Counted from the stretch's first letter, positions 1-10,724 are shown. The stretch is 64,000 bases of DNA from an uncultured Micavibrio sp. (GCA_964551435.1 CAZKBS010000009.1:709-64708), one strand, 5' to 3'. The notes: generated by a model not told the origin, from the letters alone. Numbers and translations: made by a program.

Positions 1-1
1 T

Positions 2-1435
2 CCCAGCAAGACCGTCATGGAAAACGTGCTGGAAGCACTCGGCGAGGTGAAGGCTGCACGTGACGAATTCGACGCCATCAGCGCGAAGTTTGCCGAAGAA
101 AACGCCGATTTCGACGCCCTGATGGCGCGTCAGGCGGAATTGCAGGAAATCATCGACGCGGCCGACGGCTGGAACATTGAACGCACGGTCGAAATCGCCA
201 TGGATGCGTTGCGCTGCCCGCCCGGCGATTCCGCTGTCACCAATCTGTCGGGCGGTGAAAAGCGCCGCGTGGCGCTGTGCCGTCTGCTGCTGGAAAAGCC
301 CGACCTGCTGCTGCTCGACGAGCCGACCAACCATTTGGATGCGGAATCCGTTGCCTGGCTGCAGCGTCACCTGCTCGACTACAAAGGCACGGTCGTCATG
401 GTCACGCACGACCGCTACTTCCTTGACAACGTGACGGGCTGGATTCTGGAGCTGGACCGCGGCCGCGGCATCCCCTACGAGGGCAACTATACCGAATATC
501 TCGACAAGAAATCCAAGCGCCTTGCACAGGAAGGCCGCGAGCAGGAAGCCCGCGAAAAAACCCTGTCGCGCGAACTGGAATGGGTGCGTCAGTCCCCCAA
601 GGCGCGTCAGGCGAAATCCAAGGCGCGTATCACCGCTTACGAAGATTTGTTGGCAGAAAGCCAGAAGTTCGAAAAAACCCGCACGGCGCAGATCGTTATC
701 CCCGTGCCGCCGCGTCTGGGCCAGAATGTGGTCGAATTTGAAAACGTGTCCAAAGGATATGAAGACCGCCTGCTGATTGAAAATCTTAGCTTCAAACTGC
801 CGCCGGGCGGTATCGTCGGCGTTATCGGTCCGAACGGGGCGGGTAAAACCACGCTGTTCCGCATGATGACGGGCGAAGAGGCGCCGGATGCCGGCAAGGT
901 CACTGTGGGCGACAGCGTCATCATGGGCTACGTGAACCAGAGCCGCGATGCGCTGGACGGCAACAAGACCGTTTGGGAGGAAATTTCCGACAAGAACGAT
1001 ATTCTTGTCCTCGGCAAACGTGAAATGCCGAGCCGCGCCTATGTCGGCTCCTTCGGTTTCCGCGGCCCTGACCAGCAGAAAAAAGTCGGCGTGCTGTCGG
1101 GCGGCGAGCGTAACCGCGTGCATATGGCGAAGATGCTGAAAACGCCGGCCAACCTCCTGCTGCTTGACGAGCCGACCAACGACCTTGATACCGAAACGCT
1201 GGGCGCGCTTGAAGATGCGCTGGAGAACTACGCTGGCTGCGCGGTCGTTATCTCGCACGACCGCTGGTTTCTTGACCGTCTGGCAACGCATATTCTGGCA
1301 TTCGAGGGCGATAGCCAGGTCGTGTTCTTCGAAGGCAACTACGAAGACTACGAAAAAGACCGCAAGAAGCGCTTTGGCGAAGACGCCGACCAGCCGCACC
1401 GTATCAAGTACAAACCCCTGCGCCGCGCGTCGTGA
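2..1435 (+). CDS. ettA: ABC-F ATPase, energy-dependent translational throttle EttA (5' end outside window)
   Basis: Reading frame is open to the window edge. It has ABC signatures LSGGEKRR and LSGGERNR, two Walker B LLLLDEPTN motifs, a second Walker A GPNGAGKTT, and a charged inter-cassette linker typical of EttA. Confidence 0.92.
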   Translation, partial: PSKTVMENVLEALGEVKAARDEFDAISAKFAEENADFDALMARQAELQEIIDAADGWNIERTVEIAMDALRCPPGDSAVTNLSGGEKRRVALCRLLLEKPDLLLLDEPTNHLDAESVAWLQRHLLDYKGTVVMVTHDRYFLDNVTGWILELDRGRGIPYEGNYTEYLDKKSKRLAQEGREQEAREKTLSRELEWVRQSPKARQAKSKARITAYEDLLAESQKFEKTRTAQIVIPVPPRLGQNVVEFENVSKGYEDRLLIENLSFKLPPGGIVGVIGPNGAGKTTLFRMMTGEEAPDAGKVTVGDSVIMGYVNQSRDALDGNKTVWEEISDKNDILVLGKREMPSRAYVGSFGFRGPDQQKKVGVLSGGERNRVHMAKMLKTPANLLLLDEPTNDLDTETLGALEDALENYAGCAVVISHDRWFLDRLATHILAFEGDSQVVFFEGNYEDYEKDRKKRFGEDADQPHRIKYKPLRRAS

Positions 1436-1719
1436 CGGGCTGCGGGCACAAAGAGACGGCGAAAAAATGCGCGGGCTTTCGCCTGCGCAGATTGCCGCAT
1501 CGATATACGCCGGTTGTGTTTCCGATGGTGCTGTTGTTGATTATGAGCTGTCTTGTCTCCGGCATCAGCACCTTTTCGCATATGGGGCCGGCAGCGGGGT
1601 TTGTGTCCAGCTGGATGCATAGTTGGGCGCTGTCGTGGGTGATTGCCTATTCGGTTCTTTTGATTATCCTGCCGCTGGTGCGGCGGATTGCCGCGTGGAT
1701 TGTCGAGCCGGCGCCCTGA
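1432..1719 (+). CDS. Small membrane protein, DUF2798-like
   Basis: GTG start overlaps the ettA stop (GTGA). The segment RLPHRYTPVVFPMVLLLIMSCLVSGISTF and a second hydrophobic helix resemble DUF2798 proteins. Family recalled from memory. Confidence 0.55.
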   Translation: MTGCGHKETAKKCAGFRLRRLPHRYTPVVFPMVLLLIMSCLVSGISTFSHMGPAAGFVSSWMHSWALSWVIAYSVLLIILPLVRRIAAWIVEPAP

Positions 1720-1742
1720 GGGCTGATTGCAAAACGAGACAA

Positions 1743-1776
1743 TAAAAAAGCCCGCTGTTTCCGGCGGGCTTTTTTA
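1743..1776. terminator. Bidirectional intrinsic terminator between DUF2798 gene and mlaC
   Basis: A 7-bp stem AGCCCGC/GCGGGCT is flanked by an A6 run upstream and a T6 run downstream, between convergent genes. Confidence 0.75.
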
Positions 1777-1798
1777 TTCGGGCTTTGGTTATCGCCCT

Positions 1799-2413
1799 TT
1801 ATTTCTTGCGCTGGCGCAGGCTTTCCAGCAGGGCTTCGACCTTGCCGCCGCCGCGCTGGATGACGGCATCGAAATCGCTGCGCTGGGTGATGGCCATGCT
1901 GACGTTTTCGATGAACACGTCGATGACTTTCAGGTTGCCGCCGTTATTGCGTACGCGCCAGTCAACAGCAACGGGCGGGCCGTCTTTTTGCACGACTTGG
2001 CTGTTGACGATGCTGTCGCGATCCGAAATGGCCTTGGCGCTGCTGACTTTAAACTGCTGTCCGGCATATTCGCCGAAACGCTGGGCATAGGTGCGCACGA
2101 TCATATCTTCGAACAGCGACAGGTATTCCTTGCGCTGTGCTTCGTTTGCGGCGTTCCAGTGTTTGCCAAGCGCAAAACGGCCGATGGCGTTTACATCAAA
2201 GTTTTTGCGCAGCAGTTCGCGCACGCGGGCTTCGCGTTCTTTGGCGCTGATGTTCTTGCCGGTCAGTTCGGTCAGGGCGACGTCGCCCATTTTCTGGACA
2301 AAGCTGACGGCAGCTTCATCTCGCTTTTGTGCAAAAGCAGCACCTGCAGGCAGCACTAGCGCCAGCGCCATACCGAAAATCATCAGGCGGCGGGAGAGAG
2401 AGACAGTCATCAA
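1799..2413 (-). CDS. mlaC: Phospholipid-binding periplasmic protein MlaC (Ttg2D/toluene tolerance family)
   Basis: Has a signal peptide, is about 200 aa, and shows family-like segments (FDVNAIGRFALGKHW, YLSLFEDMIVRTYAQRF). It sits immediately downstream of mlaA. Confidence 0.82.
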   Translation of the reverse strand: MMTVSLSRRLMIFGMALALVLPAGAAFAQKRDEAAVSFVQKMGDVALTELTGKNISAKEREARVRELLRKNFDVNAIGRFALGKHWNAANEAQRKEYLSLFEDMIVRTYAQRFGEYAGQQFKVSSAKAISDRDSIVNSQVVQKDGPPVAVDWRVRNNGGNLKVIDVFIENVSMAITQRSDFDAVIQRGGGKVEALLESLRQRKK

Positions 2414-2443
2414 GTGTATCCTTTCGGTCCTCGGGGTAGCGGG

Positions 2444-3235
2444 TTATTCCCAGCCCTCGTCGTAGTACTGTACAGCCTGCGCCTTGGGGGCGTCAGGGTT
2501 GACGTCACGCACAAGCGAGCGGCGCTTTTGCGTGTACGCGCTGCGGACAGCGGCGTAGTAGTCAAGGCTGTTGCGGCGCATGTCACGCACGGCCGAGACC
2601 AGTCTTGCGCGGGTGTCGAGACCTTCGACCAGACCGCGCGTGTAGTAAATCCATTCTTCGTCGCGGTTGAATGCGTAAAGACGCACGGGATCCGCGATAG
2701 TGTCTACGGCCATACCCGCCGTATCACGCAGCGAAGACGGACCGACAACGGGAAGGACAAGGTAGAAACCCTCGCCCAGGCCCCAGACGGCCAGCGTCTG
2801 GCCAAAATCTTCCGGTTCGTACGGCATGCCCTGCGCGCCCGCGAGGTCGAACAGGCCGCCGATACCGCCGACGGTGTTGATGACGAAACGGGCCGTGGCA
2901 ACGCCAGCACCCTTCAGGTCGCCTTGCAACACGTTATTAGCAACGATCAGCGGAGAGCGAAGGTTCCGCATGAAATTCTGCACGCCCGCACGGAAAAAGT
3001 CGGGGGTCAGGAAGTTGTAAACTTTCGCCACCGGTTCGATCAGTGCGCGGTCGAGCGCGTTGTTGAACGCGAACACACCGCGGTTCAACGGCTCCAGCGG
3101 GTCATTGACGGCCGTGGTTTGCATTTCGTTTTTCGCGCTGGTGCAGCCGCTGGTGGCGGTAAGAAGGAAGGCGCACATCAGCATCGCAAAGGTTTTTGCG
3201 GCGAAGGTGGTCTTGGAGCGGGAGATGAAGGGCAT
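2444..3235 (-). CDS. mlaA: Outer-membrane lipoprotein MlaA/VacJ
   Basis: Lipobox LTATSGC, followed by DPLEPLNRGVFAFNNALD and GPSSLRD segments characteristic of VacJ/MlaA. Confidence 0.87.
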   Translation of the reverse strand: MPFISRSKTTFAAKTFAMLMCAFLLTATSGCTSAKNEMQTTAVNDPLEPLNRGVFAFNNALDRALIEPVAKVYNFLTPDFFRAGVQNFMRNLRSPLIVANNVLQGDLKGAGVATARFVINTVGGIGGLFDLAGAQGMPYEPEDFGQTLAVWGLGEGFYLVLPVVGPSSLRDTAGMAVDTIADPVRLYAFNRDEEWIYYTRGLVEGLDTRARLVSAVRDMRRNSLDYYAAVRSAYTQKRRSLVRDVNPDAPKAQAVQYYDEGWE

Positions 3236-3299
3236 GAAGGTCTCTCTGAGGGGGCCGTTTTAAATACTCTAACCGTATATAATTACTCAATTCTTAACT

Positions 3300-4394
3300 T
3301 TAGCCATCTTCCATATGCAAAAGGGCGGTCGCCCCCATGAGCAAGCTGACCAGAGCCGGTGTCCAAGCCGCCAGATATACAGGAATTTTCTGTGATATGC
3401 CGAAAGCCTGAAGGATTGATTCCATGAAGAATATAAAGAAACCAATTCCAACGCCAAGGCCTATCATGACCCCTGTGCCACCGAATCTTTGCGGGCGTAG
3501 CGAAAATGTCGCAGCCAGCAGGATCATGGCAGCCAGAAGGAAGGGCTGGGCCAGCAGCGCCTGAAAATGGATGGCAAGGCGGGTGCCGGAAAACCCGGCT
3601 TCTGTCATAATCCGGAGGTGTTCGGGGATCATCCAGAACGAAATCGTCTCGGGGTCGGCAAAAGACTCTTCAATCTGGCGGGAGGTCAGGTTGGTTGGCA
3701 GCTCGAAATTGTCCATGCGGCTGACGCCCTGCGCGTCGTTGATGATGGGTTTCTCCAGTTCCCAGAATCCGTCACCAAGCCGCGCGAGCTGGCTGTCGAT
3801 GCGTTTCTGGAACGTATCGTCGCGGTCGAAAAAGAAAACAATCACATCCTGCATGCGCCAGTGCTGCTGGTCGAAACTGCTGGCATGGAACAGGGCGTAG
3901 CCCCCCTCAACGGGCTGGCGCAACCAGATGCCGGTGCGCGATACCGTGACCAGATTGGATGTGGTGTTGAAGTGTTGCGACTCCATCTGTTCAAACTTGC
4001 CGATCATGACGGCGCCGGTCGGGTTCACTACCGTTGTTGTCACAACGCCAATCAGAAACGCCCCCATGAACATCGGGCTCAGGAATTGCCATGCCGAAAT
4101 ACCTGCTGCGCGGATGACAACCAGCTCGGATGTTTTGTTCAGCTTCCAGCAGGTGTAAATCGCGCCGAACAGCACGGCGAACGGCACGACTTTCTGCCCC
4201 ACTTCCGGCAGCTTCAAAATCGCCATCAGCAAAATCACGTCCAGCGATACACCCTGCACGCCTGCGGCGCGGCGCATGAGTTCAATCACGTCGAAAATAA
4301 AAACGAGGCCCAGCAGGATGACGACCACGCCCATAAAATTCATCACAAAGTGGCGCAGGATATAGCGGAACAGGGTGGTGGCACCGGTGATCAT
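3300..4394 (-). CDS. lptG: LPS export ABC permease LptG
   Basis: Multi-pass YjgP/YjgQ-type permease. I start it at MITGATTLFRYILRHF (ATG 4394), which overlaps the lptF stop as ATGA. The track ORF begins 21 codons upstream. Confidence 0.87.
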   Translation of the reverse strand: MITGATTLFRYILRHFVMNFMGVVVILLGLVFIFDVIELMRRAAGVQGVSLDVILLMAILKLPEVGQKVVPFAVLFGAIYTCWKLNKTSELVVIRAAGISAWQFLSPMFMGAFLIGVVTTTVVNPTGAVMIGKFEQMESQHFNTTSNLVTVSRTGIWLRQPVEGGYALFHASSFDQQHWRMQDVIVFFFDRDDTFQKRIDSQLARLGDGFWELEKPIINDAQGVSRMDNFELPTNLTSRQIEESFADPETISFWMIPEHLRIMTEAGFSGTRLAIHFQALLAQPFLLAAMILLAATFSLRPQRFGGTGVMIGLGVGIGFFIFFMESILQAFGISQKIPVYLAAWTPALVSLLMGATALLHMEDG

Positions 4395-5542
4395 GCGGGC
4401 TCCTCCGTCAGGCGGGGCGGGTTGCCGCGCCAGCGGCGCAGGCGGCCGATCAGCCACTGTTCACCGCGCAGGTGCATTAAAAATCCGCAAATCATGACAG
4501 GCGCAAAGGCCAGCACATAAAGCGCGGCGAGCAGCACGGGCTGTTTTTTCGCCGCATTGCCGAGCGCCATTTCCGCGGCCTGTAGCGCAATCACAATAAC
4601 CACAGCCAAGAGAATTTTACGCGACTGTCCGCGCCGGTTAAAGGGGCCGAGCAGGATGCAGCTCAGCGCCACCAGCGCAAAACCGAGCGTATTGAACGGT
4701 GCCAGCAGGCGCAAATGCGCATCGACAATAAAGGCGTCCTTGTATTTGCGGTCGCGCTTGTCGTTCATGTCTGGGCGGAACAGTTCGGGCAGGGTGCGCT
4801 CGCTTGCTTCGCGCCAGCGTTCCTGCGCGGTGCCTTCCAGTCCTTTTATCTCGATGTTGTAGCGCGAGAAAAACAGGCGTGATGCCATGTCGTTCTGCGT
4901 ATCCATCTGCTGGCGCATCCCGTCATAGACCAGAATGTTGGGCACATCGCCGTTCATGAAAATACGGCCGCGCTTGGCGGTGATGGTGACGGGTGGTTTG
5001 CTCTCGTCGCGGCGGTCATGGATCATCAGGCCGAGCAAATCGCCGCTGGCGTCACGCTGGCGCACATAAACGGTCAGGTTGTTGCTGAAGGTGTTGAAAA
5101 CCCCTTCACGCAGCAAAAAGGCCGAATATTCCGCCTTGATCTCGCGGCGTAGTTTTTTCATTTCCCCGTGGCTGAGGGGGGAGAGGAAACAGGTCGTCGC
5201 GACAATAATCACCATAAATCCGGCGCAAAGCGTCAGCGCCGGCCGCGCAAGCGTGAACTGGTCAAAGCCACAGGCGCGCATAACGACCATCTCATTATCC
5301 ATAATCATTTTATTATAGGTGAACAGGATGCCGGTGACGAGGGCGAGGGGCAGGATAACCTCTAAAAACCGCGGCAAGGTCAGAGCGACAAGTTTCAGGA
5401 ACAAAGACGGCGGCGCATCGGAGCTGGCGACCAGCTCCAGCAGTTTTAGCGACTGCGTCAGCCAGATAACTAACGACAGCGTGACGGCAACAAACACCGT
5501 TACGGAAAAAAGATTTTTAAATAGATACCGTGTGGTGAGCAT
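4391..5542 (-). CDS. lptF: LPS export ABC permease LptF
   Basis: N-terminus MLTTRYLFKNLFSV, YjgP/YjgQ topology, translationally coupled to lptG, divergent from pepA (classic synteny). Confidence 0.87.
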   Translation of the reverse strand: MLTTRYLFKNLFSVTVFVAVTLSLVIWLTQSLKLLELVASSDAPPSLFLKLVALTLPRFLEVILPLALVTGILFTYNKMIMDNEMVVMRACGFDQFTLARPALTLCAGFMVIIVATTCFLSPLSHGEMKKLRREIKAEYSAFLLREGVFNTFSNNLTVYVRQRDASGDLLGLMIHDRRDESKPPVTITAKRGRIFMNGDVPNILVYDGMRQQMDTQNDMASRLFFSRYNIEIKGLEGTAQERWREASERTLPELFRPDMNDKRDRKYKDAFIVDAHLRLLAPFNTLGFALVALSCILLGPFNRRGQSRKILLAVVIVIALQAAEMALGNAAKKQPVLLAALYVLAFAPVMICGFLMHLRGEQWLIGRLRRWRGNPPRLTEEPA

Positions 5543-5678
5543 CAGCGCTGCATCCGGGGTGGCGAAACGCGCGCCGCCCTATTATTATCTTGATGGCTCT
5601 GCTGTCCGCGCTGCGGGCATGGGGCCTTGCCTCTGTTTTTACCTTTTCCCGCCCTAAAAAGAAAGAAAAATAGCCGCC

Positions 5679-7208
5679 ATGACCAGCAGCCCCGCCAAGA
5701 TCCAGTTCGACCAGAAACCGGCCAAAAATGCCGATACCCGGGTGATTTTCGTTGCCGAAGACGGCAAACACGGGGCCAAGCTCTCCGCCGCCGCCCGCGA
5801 ACTGGACACGAAGACCAAGGGCGCGCTGAAACGTGCGCTGGCAGCTGCCGAATTCACGGGTAAAAAAGCCCAGTTCCTCGCCCTGCCGGGGCTGGAGGGC
5901 GCGGGCGCCCGTTATGTTGTCGTTGCGGGCCTTGGCAATCCGGAAGATCTTGGCGCGCTTTGCTTTGAAAAAATCGGCAGCGGTCTTGCCGCGCAGCTCA
6001 ACAGCCGCAAATCTGTTCTGGCCGATGTCAACTTTCCCGAAGAAGAGGCGAAACAATCCAAACTGTCGCCCGATGCGGCGGCGGCGCATGTCGCCCTCGG
6101 CGCGCTCTTGAACACCTACCGTTTTGATAAATACCTGACGCGTGAACCGAAGGATAAAAAGCCGACCCTGAAAACCATCCATCTGACCGTCAAAGATGCG
6201 GCCAAGGCCCGCAAGCTGTTCGGCGCGCAGCAGAAAGTGGCCGAAGGCGCGTTCCTGACGCGCGATCTCGTGTCCGAAGTGCCGAACGTTCTTTATCCCG
6301 AAAGCTTTGCCGCCATCATCAAAAAAGAACTCGCCCCGCTGGGTATCGAGGTCAAGGTGCTGACCGACAAGGACATGAAAAAACTGGGCATGGGCGCTAT
6401 TCTGGCCGTGGGTCAGGGCAGCGCGCGTTTGCCGCGTCTGGTCAGCATGGAATATAAGGGCGGCAAAAAAGGCCAGCGCCCCGTTGCCTTCGTCGGCAAG
6501 GGCGTGACGTTTGATACCGGCGGTATTTCGCTGAAGCCCGGCCCCGGCATGGAAGAAATGAAATGGGATATGGCGGGCGCGGGCACGGTGACGGGCCTGA
6601 TGAAGGCGCTCGCGTCGCGCGGCGCCAAGGTCAACGCGGTCGGTATCGTCGGTCTTGCCGAAAACATGCCTTCGGGCGAGGCCTATCGCCCCGGCGATAT
6701 TGTGACGTCGATGTCCGGACAGACGATTGAGGTGCACAACACTGATGCCGAAGGCCGTCTTGTGCTGTGCGATGCGCTTTGGTACGTGCAGCAGAAATTC
6801 AAACCCACGCATATCGTCGACCTCGCTACGCTGACGGGCGCGATGATCATCGCCCTTGGCCACGAATACGCGGGCGTTTTCAGCAACGACGATGCGCTGG
6901 CGTGGGATCTGGTCAGCGCAGGCCGCGCAACCGGCGAACAGCTTTGGTACATGCCGATGTGCGATGCGTGGGATAAAGCCATCGACAGCCCAGCTGCCGA
7001 CATGAAAAACATCAGCGGCGGCCGCGATGCGGGCTCTGCCATCGGCGCGCATTTCCTGAAGCGGTTTATTCAGGACGGCGTGAAATGGGCGCATCTGGAT
7101 ATCGCCGGCGTGGCGTGGTCAAACAAAGACCGCCCGGGCGTGCCCAAGGGGGCGTCGTCTTTCGGTGTGCGTCTTCTTGATAAATACGTCGCCGACAACT
7201 GGGAATAA
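5679..7208 (+). CDS. pepA: Leucyl aminopeptidase (M17)
   Basis: NTDAEGRLVLCDAL signature, VGKGVTFDTGG motif, about 500 aa. Confidence 0.95.
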   Translation: MTSSPAKIQFDQKPAKNADTRVIFVAEDGKHGAKLSAAARELDTKTKGALKRALAAAEFTGKKAQFLALPGLEGAGARYVVVAGLGNPEDLGALCFEKIGSGLAAQLNSRKSVLADVNFPEEEAKQSKLSPDAAAAHVALGALLNTYRFDKYLTREPKDKKPTLKTIHLTVKDAAKARKLFGAQQKVAEGAFLTRDLVSEVPNVLYPESFAAIIKKELAPLGIEVKVLTDKDMKKLGMGAILAVGQGSARLPRLVSMEYKGGKKGQRPVAFVGKGVTFDTGGISLKPGPGMEEMKWDMAGAGTVTGLMKALASRGAKVNAVGIVGLAENMPSGEAYRPGDIVTSMSGQTIEVHNTDAEGRLVLCDALWYVQQKFKPTHIVDLATLTGAMIIALGHEYAGVFSNDDALAWDLVSAGRATGEQLWYMPMCDAWDKAIDSPAADMKNISGGRDAGSAIGAHFLKRFIQDGVKWAHLDIAGVAWSNKDRPGVPKGASSFGVRLLDKYVADNWE

Positions 7209-7277
7209 ACGCGCAGCACGCGCGTGGGCGTAAACACGGGGACAGCATAAAACCGCCGCAGCCAAGAGGGAGATAAC

Positions 7278-10200
7278 ATGAGCATCCTGAAATCGCGGCG
7301 GTTCCTGCCGCTGTTCGTCACCCAGTTTCTGGGCGCGTTCAACGACAACCTGTTTAAAAACGCGATGGTGATGCTCATCACCTTCCGTCTGGCCGAACAG
7401 GCGCATATGTCGCCGCAACTGCTGGTGACGGTGGCCGCGGGCGTTTTTATTCTGCCGTTTTTCCTGTTTTCCGCCACCGCGGGGCAGCTGGCCGATAAAT
7501 ACGACCGCGCCCGCATTGCCCGCATGGTCAAGCTGGCCGAAATCGCGCTGATGGCCTTGGCCAGCATCGGTTTTGTCACGGGCAATATCTGGATCCTGAT
7601 GTTCCTGCTGTTTGGCATGGGGACGCATTCGGCGTTTTTCGGCCCCGTGAAATACGCAATTTTGCCGCAGCATCTGAAAGCCGACGAGCTTCTGGCCGGC
7701 AATGCCTATGTGGAGGCGGCGACTTTCCTCTCCATTCTTCTCGGCACTATCGCGGGCGGCCTTCTGGTGATGGCCGAGCGCGGGGAGTGGGTGATTTCCA
7801 TCGCCATTGTCAGCGTCGCCATCGCCGGCTATTTCGCCAGCCGCCAGATACCCGAAGCGCCCGGCCCGTCCCCGGATTTGCAGGTAAATCCGAAGTTCTG
7901 GAGCGAGACAGGCCGTATGATGCGCGACACCCAGACTGATGTCGCCGTTTACCGCTGCATTCTGGCGATTTCGTGGTTCTGGCTGGTGGGTGCGACCTAT
8001 CTGACGCAATTCCCCAGCTATGCCAAGGATTACCTGCATAGCAACGAAACGGTGGTCACGCTGCTTTTGACGCTGTTTTCCATCGGTATCGGCGTGGGTT
8101 CCGTCCTGTGTGAAAAACTGCTGAAGGGTCGTGTGCAGCTGACCTATGTGCCGCTGGCGGCAATCGGCATGGCCATTTTCGGCGTGGATTTGTATTTCGC
8201 AACCGGCCATGAGGCGTCGCATGTCGCCGGTGCGGGTGAACTGGTGACCGCGGCGACATTTGCCGCAACGACGGGCGGCATGCGCGTGATGGCGGATTTG
8301 TTCCTCATCGCCGTGTGCGGCGGGATGTTTGTTGTGCCGCTTTATGCCATGGTGCAGCAGCGCGCCAAAGGCGCCATGCTGGCGCGCACGATTGCGGGCC
8401 TGAACGTCATGAACAGTCTGTTCATGGTCGTATCTGCAGTAGTTTGTGTAATTCTTATCCAGATGGCCTTTACCATTCCGGCGATTTTTCTGGTGATGGC
8501 GCTGTGCAATATTCTGGTCGCCATTTATATCGTTCACCTGCTGCCTGAAGATCTCATGCGCTCCGTCGCGCGGGCGGTACTGGGCTGGGCTTACGGTGTC
8601 GAAATCAAGGGCATGGAGAATTTCGAGGCGGCAGGCAAGCGTGTTTTGATTGTCGCGAACCATACCTCGTTTCTGGATGCGGCGCTGATTGCAGCCTATC
8701 TGCCGGTAAAAATCACTTTTGCCGTTAACACGCATGTGGCGGATAAGTGGTGGATCAAGCCGTTTTTGACGCTGGTCGATGCCTTCCCGCTTGACCCTAC
8801 GAATCCGATGGCGATCAAATCGCTGGTCGAAGAAGTGCGGCAGGATAAAATCGCGATGATTTTCCCCGAAGGGCGCATCACGGTCACCGGCTCGCTCATG
8901 AAGGTATACGAAGGTCCCGGGCTGATTGCCGACAAGGCGCAGGCGCGTCTGCTGCCTATCCGTATCGACGGGGCGCAATATACGCCGTTTTCGCGCCTGC
9001 GCGGCAAGGTCAATATCCGCTGGTTCCCCAAAATCACGCTGACGGTTTTGCCGCCGTGCGATTTCCAGCTGCCCGAAGACGCCCGCGGCCGCCGCCGCCG
9101 GCAGCTGGCCGCATCGAAGCTTTATGATTTGATGTCCGGCATGATGTTCGAGGCAAGCGATTCCAATGAAACCCTGATCCGCGCCCTGATGCGTGCGCGC
9201 CGTTTGCACGGCGGCAAGCATGTGGTTTGCGAAGACCCGCAGCGCCAGCCGATGGATTATCAACGCCTGATCAGCGCGGCCTTTGCTTTCGCGCGTGTGC
9301 TGAACCGCCAGATACCTGCAGCGCGTGCGGACGCATCTGTTCCCGCTGTCGGCGTGCTGCTGCCCAACATGACGGGTACGGTTTTGACCTTCTTTGCGCT
9401 CCACATCATGCGCCGCGCGCCGGCCATGCTGAACTTCTCGGCGGGGCCTGCGAATATCGTCAGCGCCTGCCAGACGGCGGAGCTGACGCATGTCATCTCC
9501 TCGCGCCGTTTTGTCGAGATGGGCAAGCTGGTCCCTGTGGTGGACGCTATCGAAGGCGCAGGCGTGTCGATGATTTACCTCGAAGACGTGCGCAGCCGCA
9601 TCGGGCTTGGCGACAAGCTTTACGGCCTTGCCGCGCGCCTTTGGCCGGAGCTGATGGAGCGTATGTGCAAACCTGCCGCCACCCCTGATGATGCGGCTGT
9701 GGTGTTGTTCACGTCAGGTTCCGAAGGGGCGCCGAAGGGCGTGGTACTGTCGCACCGGAATATCCGCGCGAATTGTCACCAGATTGGCAGCCGCGTCGAT
9801 TTCGGCCCGACGGATATCGTGTTCAACTGTTTGCCGATGTTCCACTCTTTCGGCCTCACGGGCGGGACGCTTTTGCCCATCCTGTCGGGTTTGCGGGCGT
9901 TTTATTATCCCTCGCCGCTGCATTACCGCATCGTGCCGGAGCTGATTTACGACACGAACGCGACCATTCTGTTTGGCACGGATACGTTTCTGGGCGGCTA
10001 TGCGCGTTTTGCGCATCCCTATGATTTCCACGCCATCCGCTATATTTTCGCGGGCGCGGAAAAGCTCAAAGAAGAAACGCGCAAAATCTATGCCGAAAAA
10101 TACGGTGTGCGTATTTTCGAAGGCTACGGGGCAACCGAAACCGCCCCGGTCATCAGTATCAACACGCCCATGCACAACAAGCCGGGCAGTGTCGGGCGTC

Positions 10201-10718
10201 TGCTGCCGGGTATCACCGCGAAGCTGGAAAAGATCGAGGGGATTGATGCACCCAATACCGGCAAGCTGATCATTCATGGCCCGAACATCATGAAGGGTTA
10301 TCTGAAATCCGACGCCCCCGGCATGCTGCAACCGCCCGAAGGCGGCTGGTACGATACCGGCGATATCGTGGCGCAGGACGAAGCGGGCTATATCACCATT
10401 CAGGGACGCATGAAGCGTTTCGCCAAAATCGGCGGTGAAATGGTCTCGCTGACAGCGGTAGAAAGCGCGCTGCAAAAATTGTGGCCCGACACGCAGCATG
10501 CGGTTGTCAGTGTCAAGGATGACAAAAAAGGCGAAAAGCTGATTTTGTTCACAACGCAGCCGCAGGCGGCGTCCGAAGACATCACGCGTCATTTCCGCAG
10601 TCTGGGTATCAACGAGCTGTCTATTCCGCGCCAGATACAGCAGGTGGCGGAAATCCCGCTGCTGGGCACGGGCAAGACGGATTACGTGACCCTGCAAAAA
10701 CAGGCGGCGGCGCTTTAA
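7278..10718 (+). CDS. aas: Tripartite fusion: LplT-like MFS lysophospholipid transporter + PlsC-type acyltransferase + acyl-ACP synthetase (Aas)
   Basis: The N-terminal ~400 aa are multi-pass MFS. The centre carries an HX4D acyltransferase motif (NHTSFLD) and FPEGRIT. The C-terminal region carries AMP-binding motifs (FTSGSEGAPKG, GYGATE, GGEMVS). Confidence 0.87.
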   Translation: MSILKSRRFLPLFVTQFLGAFNDNLFKNAMVMLITFRLAEQAHMSPQLLVTVAAGVFILPFFLFSATAGQLADKYDRARIARMVKLAEIALMALASIGFVTGNIWILMFLLFGMGTHSAFFGPVKYAILPQHLKADELLAGNAYVEAATFLSILLGTIAGGLLVMAERGEWVISIAIVSVAIAGYFASRQIPEAPGPSPDLQVNPKFWSETGRMMRDTQTDVAVYRCILAISWFWLVGATYLTQFPSYAKDYLHSNETVVTLLLTLFSIGIGVGSVLCEKLLKGRVQLTYVPLAAIGMAIFGVDLYFATGHEASHVAGAGELVTAATFAATTGGMRVMADLFLIAVCGGMFVVPLYAMVQQRAKGAMLARTIAGLNVMNSLFMVVSAVVCVILIQMAFTIPAIFLVMALCNILVAIYIVHLLPEDLMRSVARAVLGWAYGVEIKGMENFEAAGKRVLIVANHTSFLDAALIAAYLPVKITFAVNTHVADKWWIKPFLTLVDAFPLDPTNPMAIKSLVEEVRQDKIAMIFPEGRITVTGSLMKVYEGPGLIADKAQARLLPIRIDGAQYTPFSRLRGKVNIRWFPKITLTVLPPCDFQLPEDARGRRRRQLAASKLYDLMSGMMFEASDSNETLIRALMRARRLHGGKHVVCEDPQRQPMDYQRLISAAFAFARVLNRQIPAARADASVPAVGVLLPNMTGTVLTFFALHIMRRAPAMLNFSAGPANIVSACQTAELTHVISSRRFVEMGKLVPVVDAIEGAGVSMIYLEDVRSRIGLGDKLYGLAARLWPELMERMCKPAATPDDAAVVLFTSGSEGAPKGVVLSHRNIRANCHQIGSRVDFGPTDIVFNCLPMFHSFGLTGGTLLPILSGLRAFYYPSPLHYRIVPELIYDTNATILFGTDTFLGGYARFAHPYDFHAIRYIFAGAEKLKEETRKIYAEKYGVRIFEGYGATETAPVISINTPMHNKPGSVGRLLPGITAKLEKIEGIDAPNTGKLIIHGPNIMKGYLKSDAPGMLQPPEGGWYDTGDIVAQDEAGYITIQGRMKRFAKIGGEMVSLTAVESALQKLWPDTQHAVVSVKDDKKGEKLILFTTQPQAASEDITRHFRSLGINELSIPRQIQQVAEIPLLGTGKTDYVTLQKQAAAL

Positions 10719-10724
10719 CGCGGT

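Noticed and set aside
5517-9491. Long minus-strand ORFs (525 aa at 5517-7094, 790 aa at 7119-9491) antisense to pepA and the aas fusion
   Set aside because: Their translations are dominated by Arg/Ala/Gly/His with no motifs, and they fully overlap genes with unambiguous family signatures. These are typical antisense open frames of GC-rich DNA.
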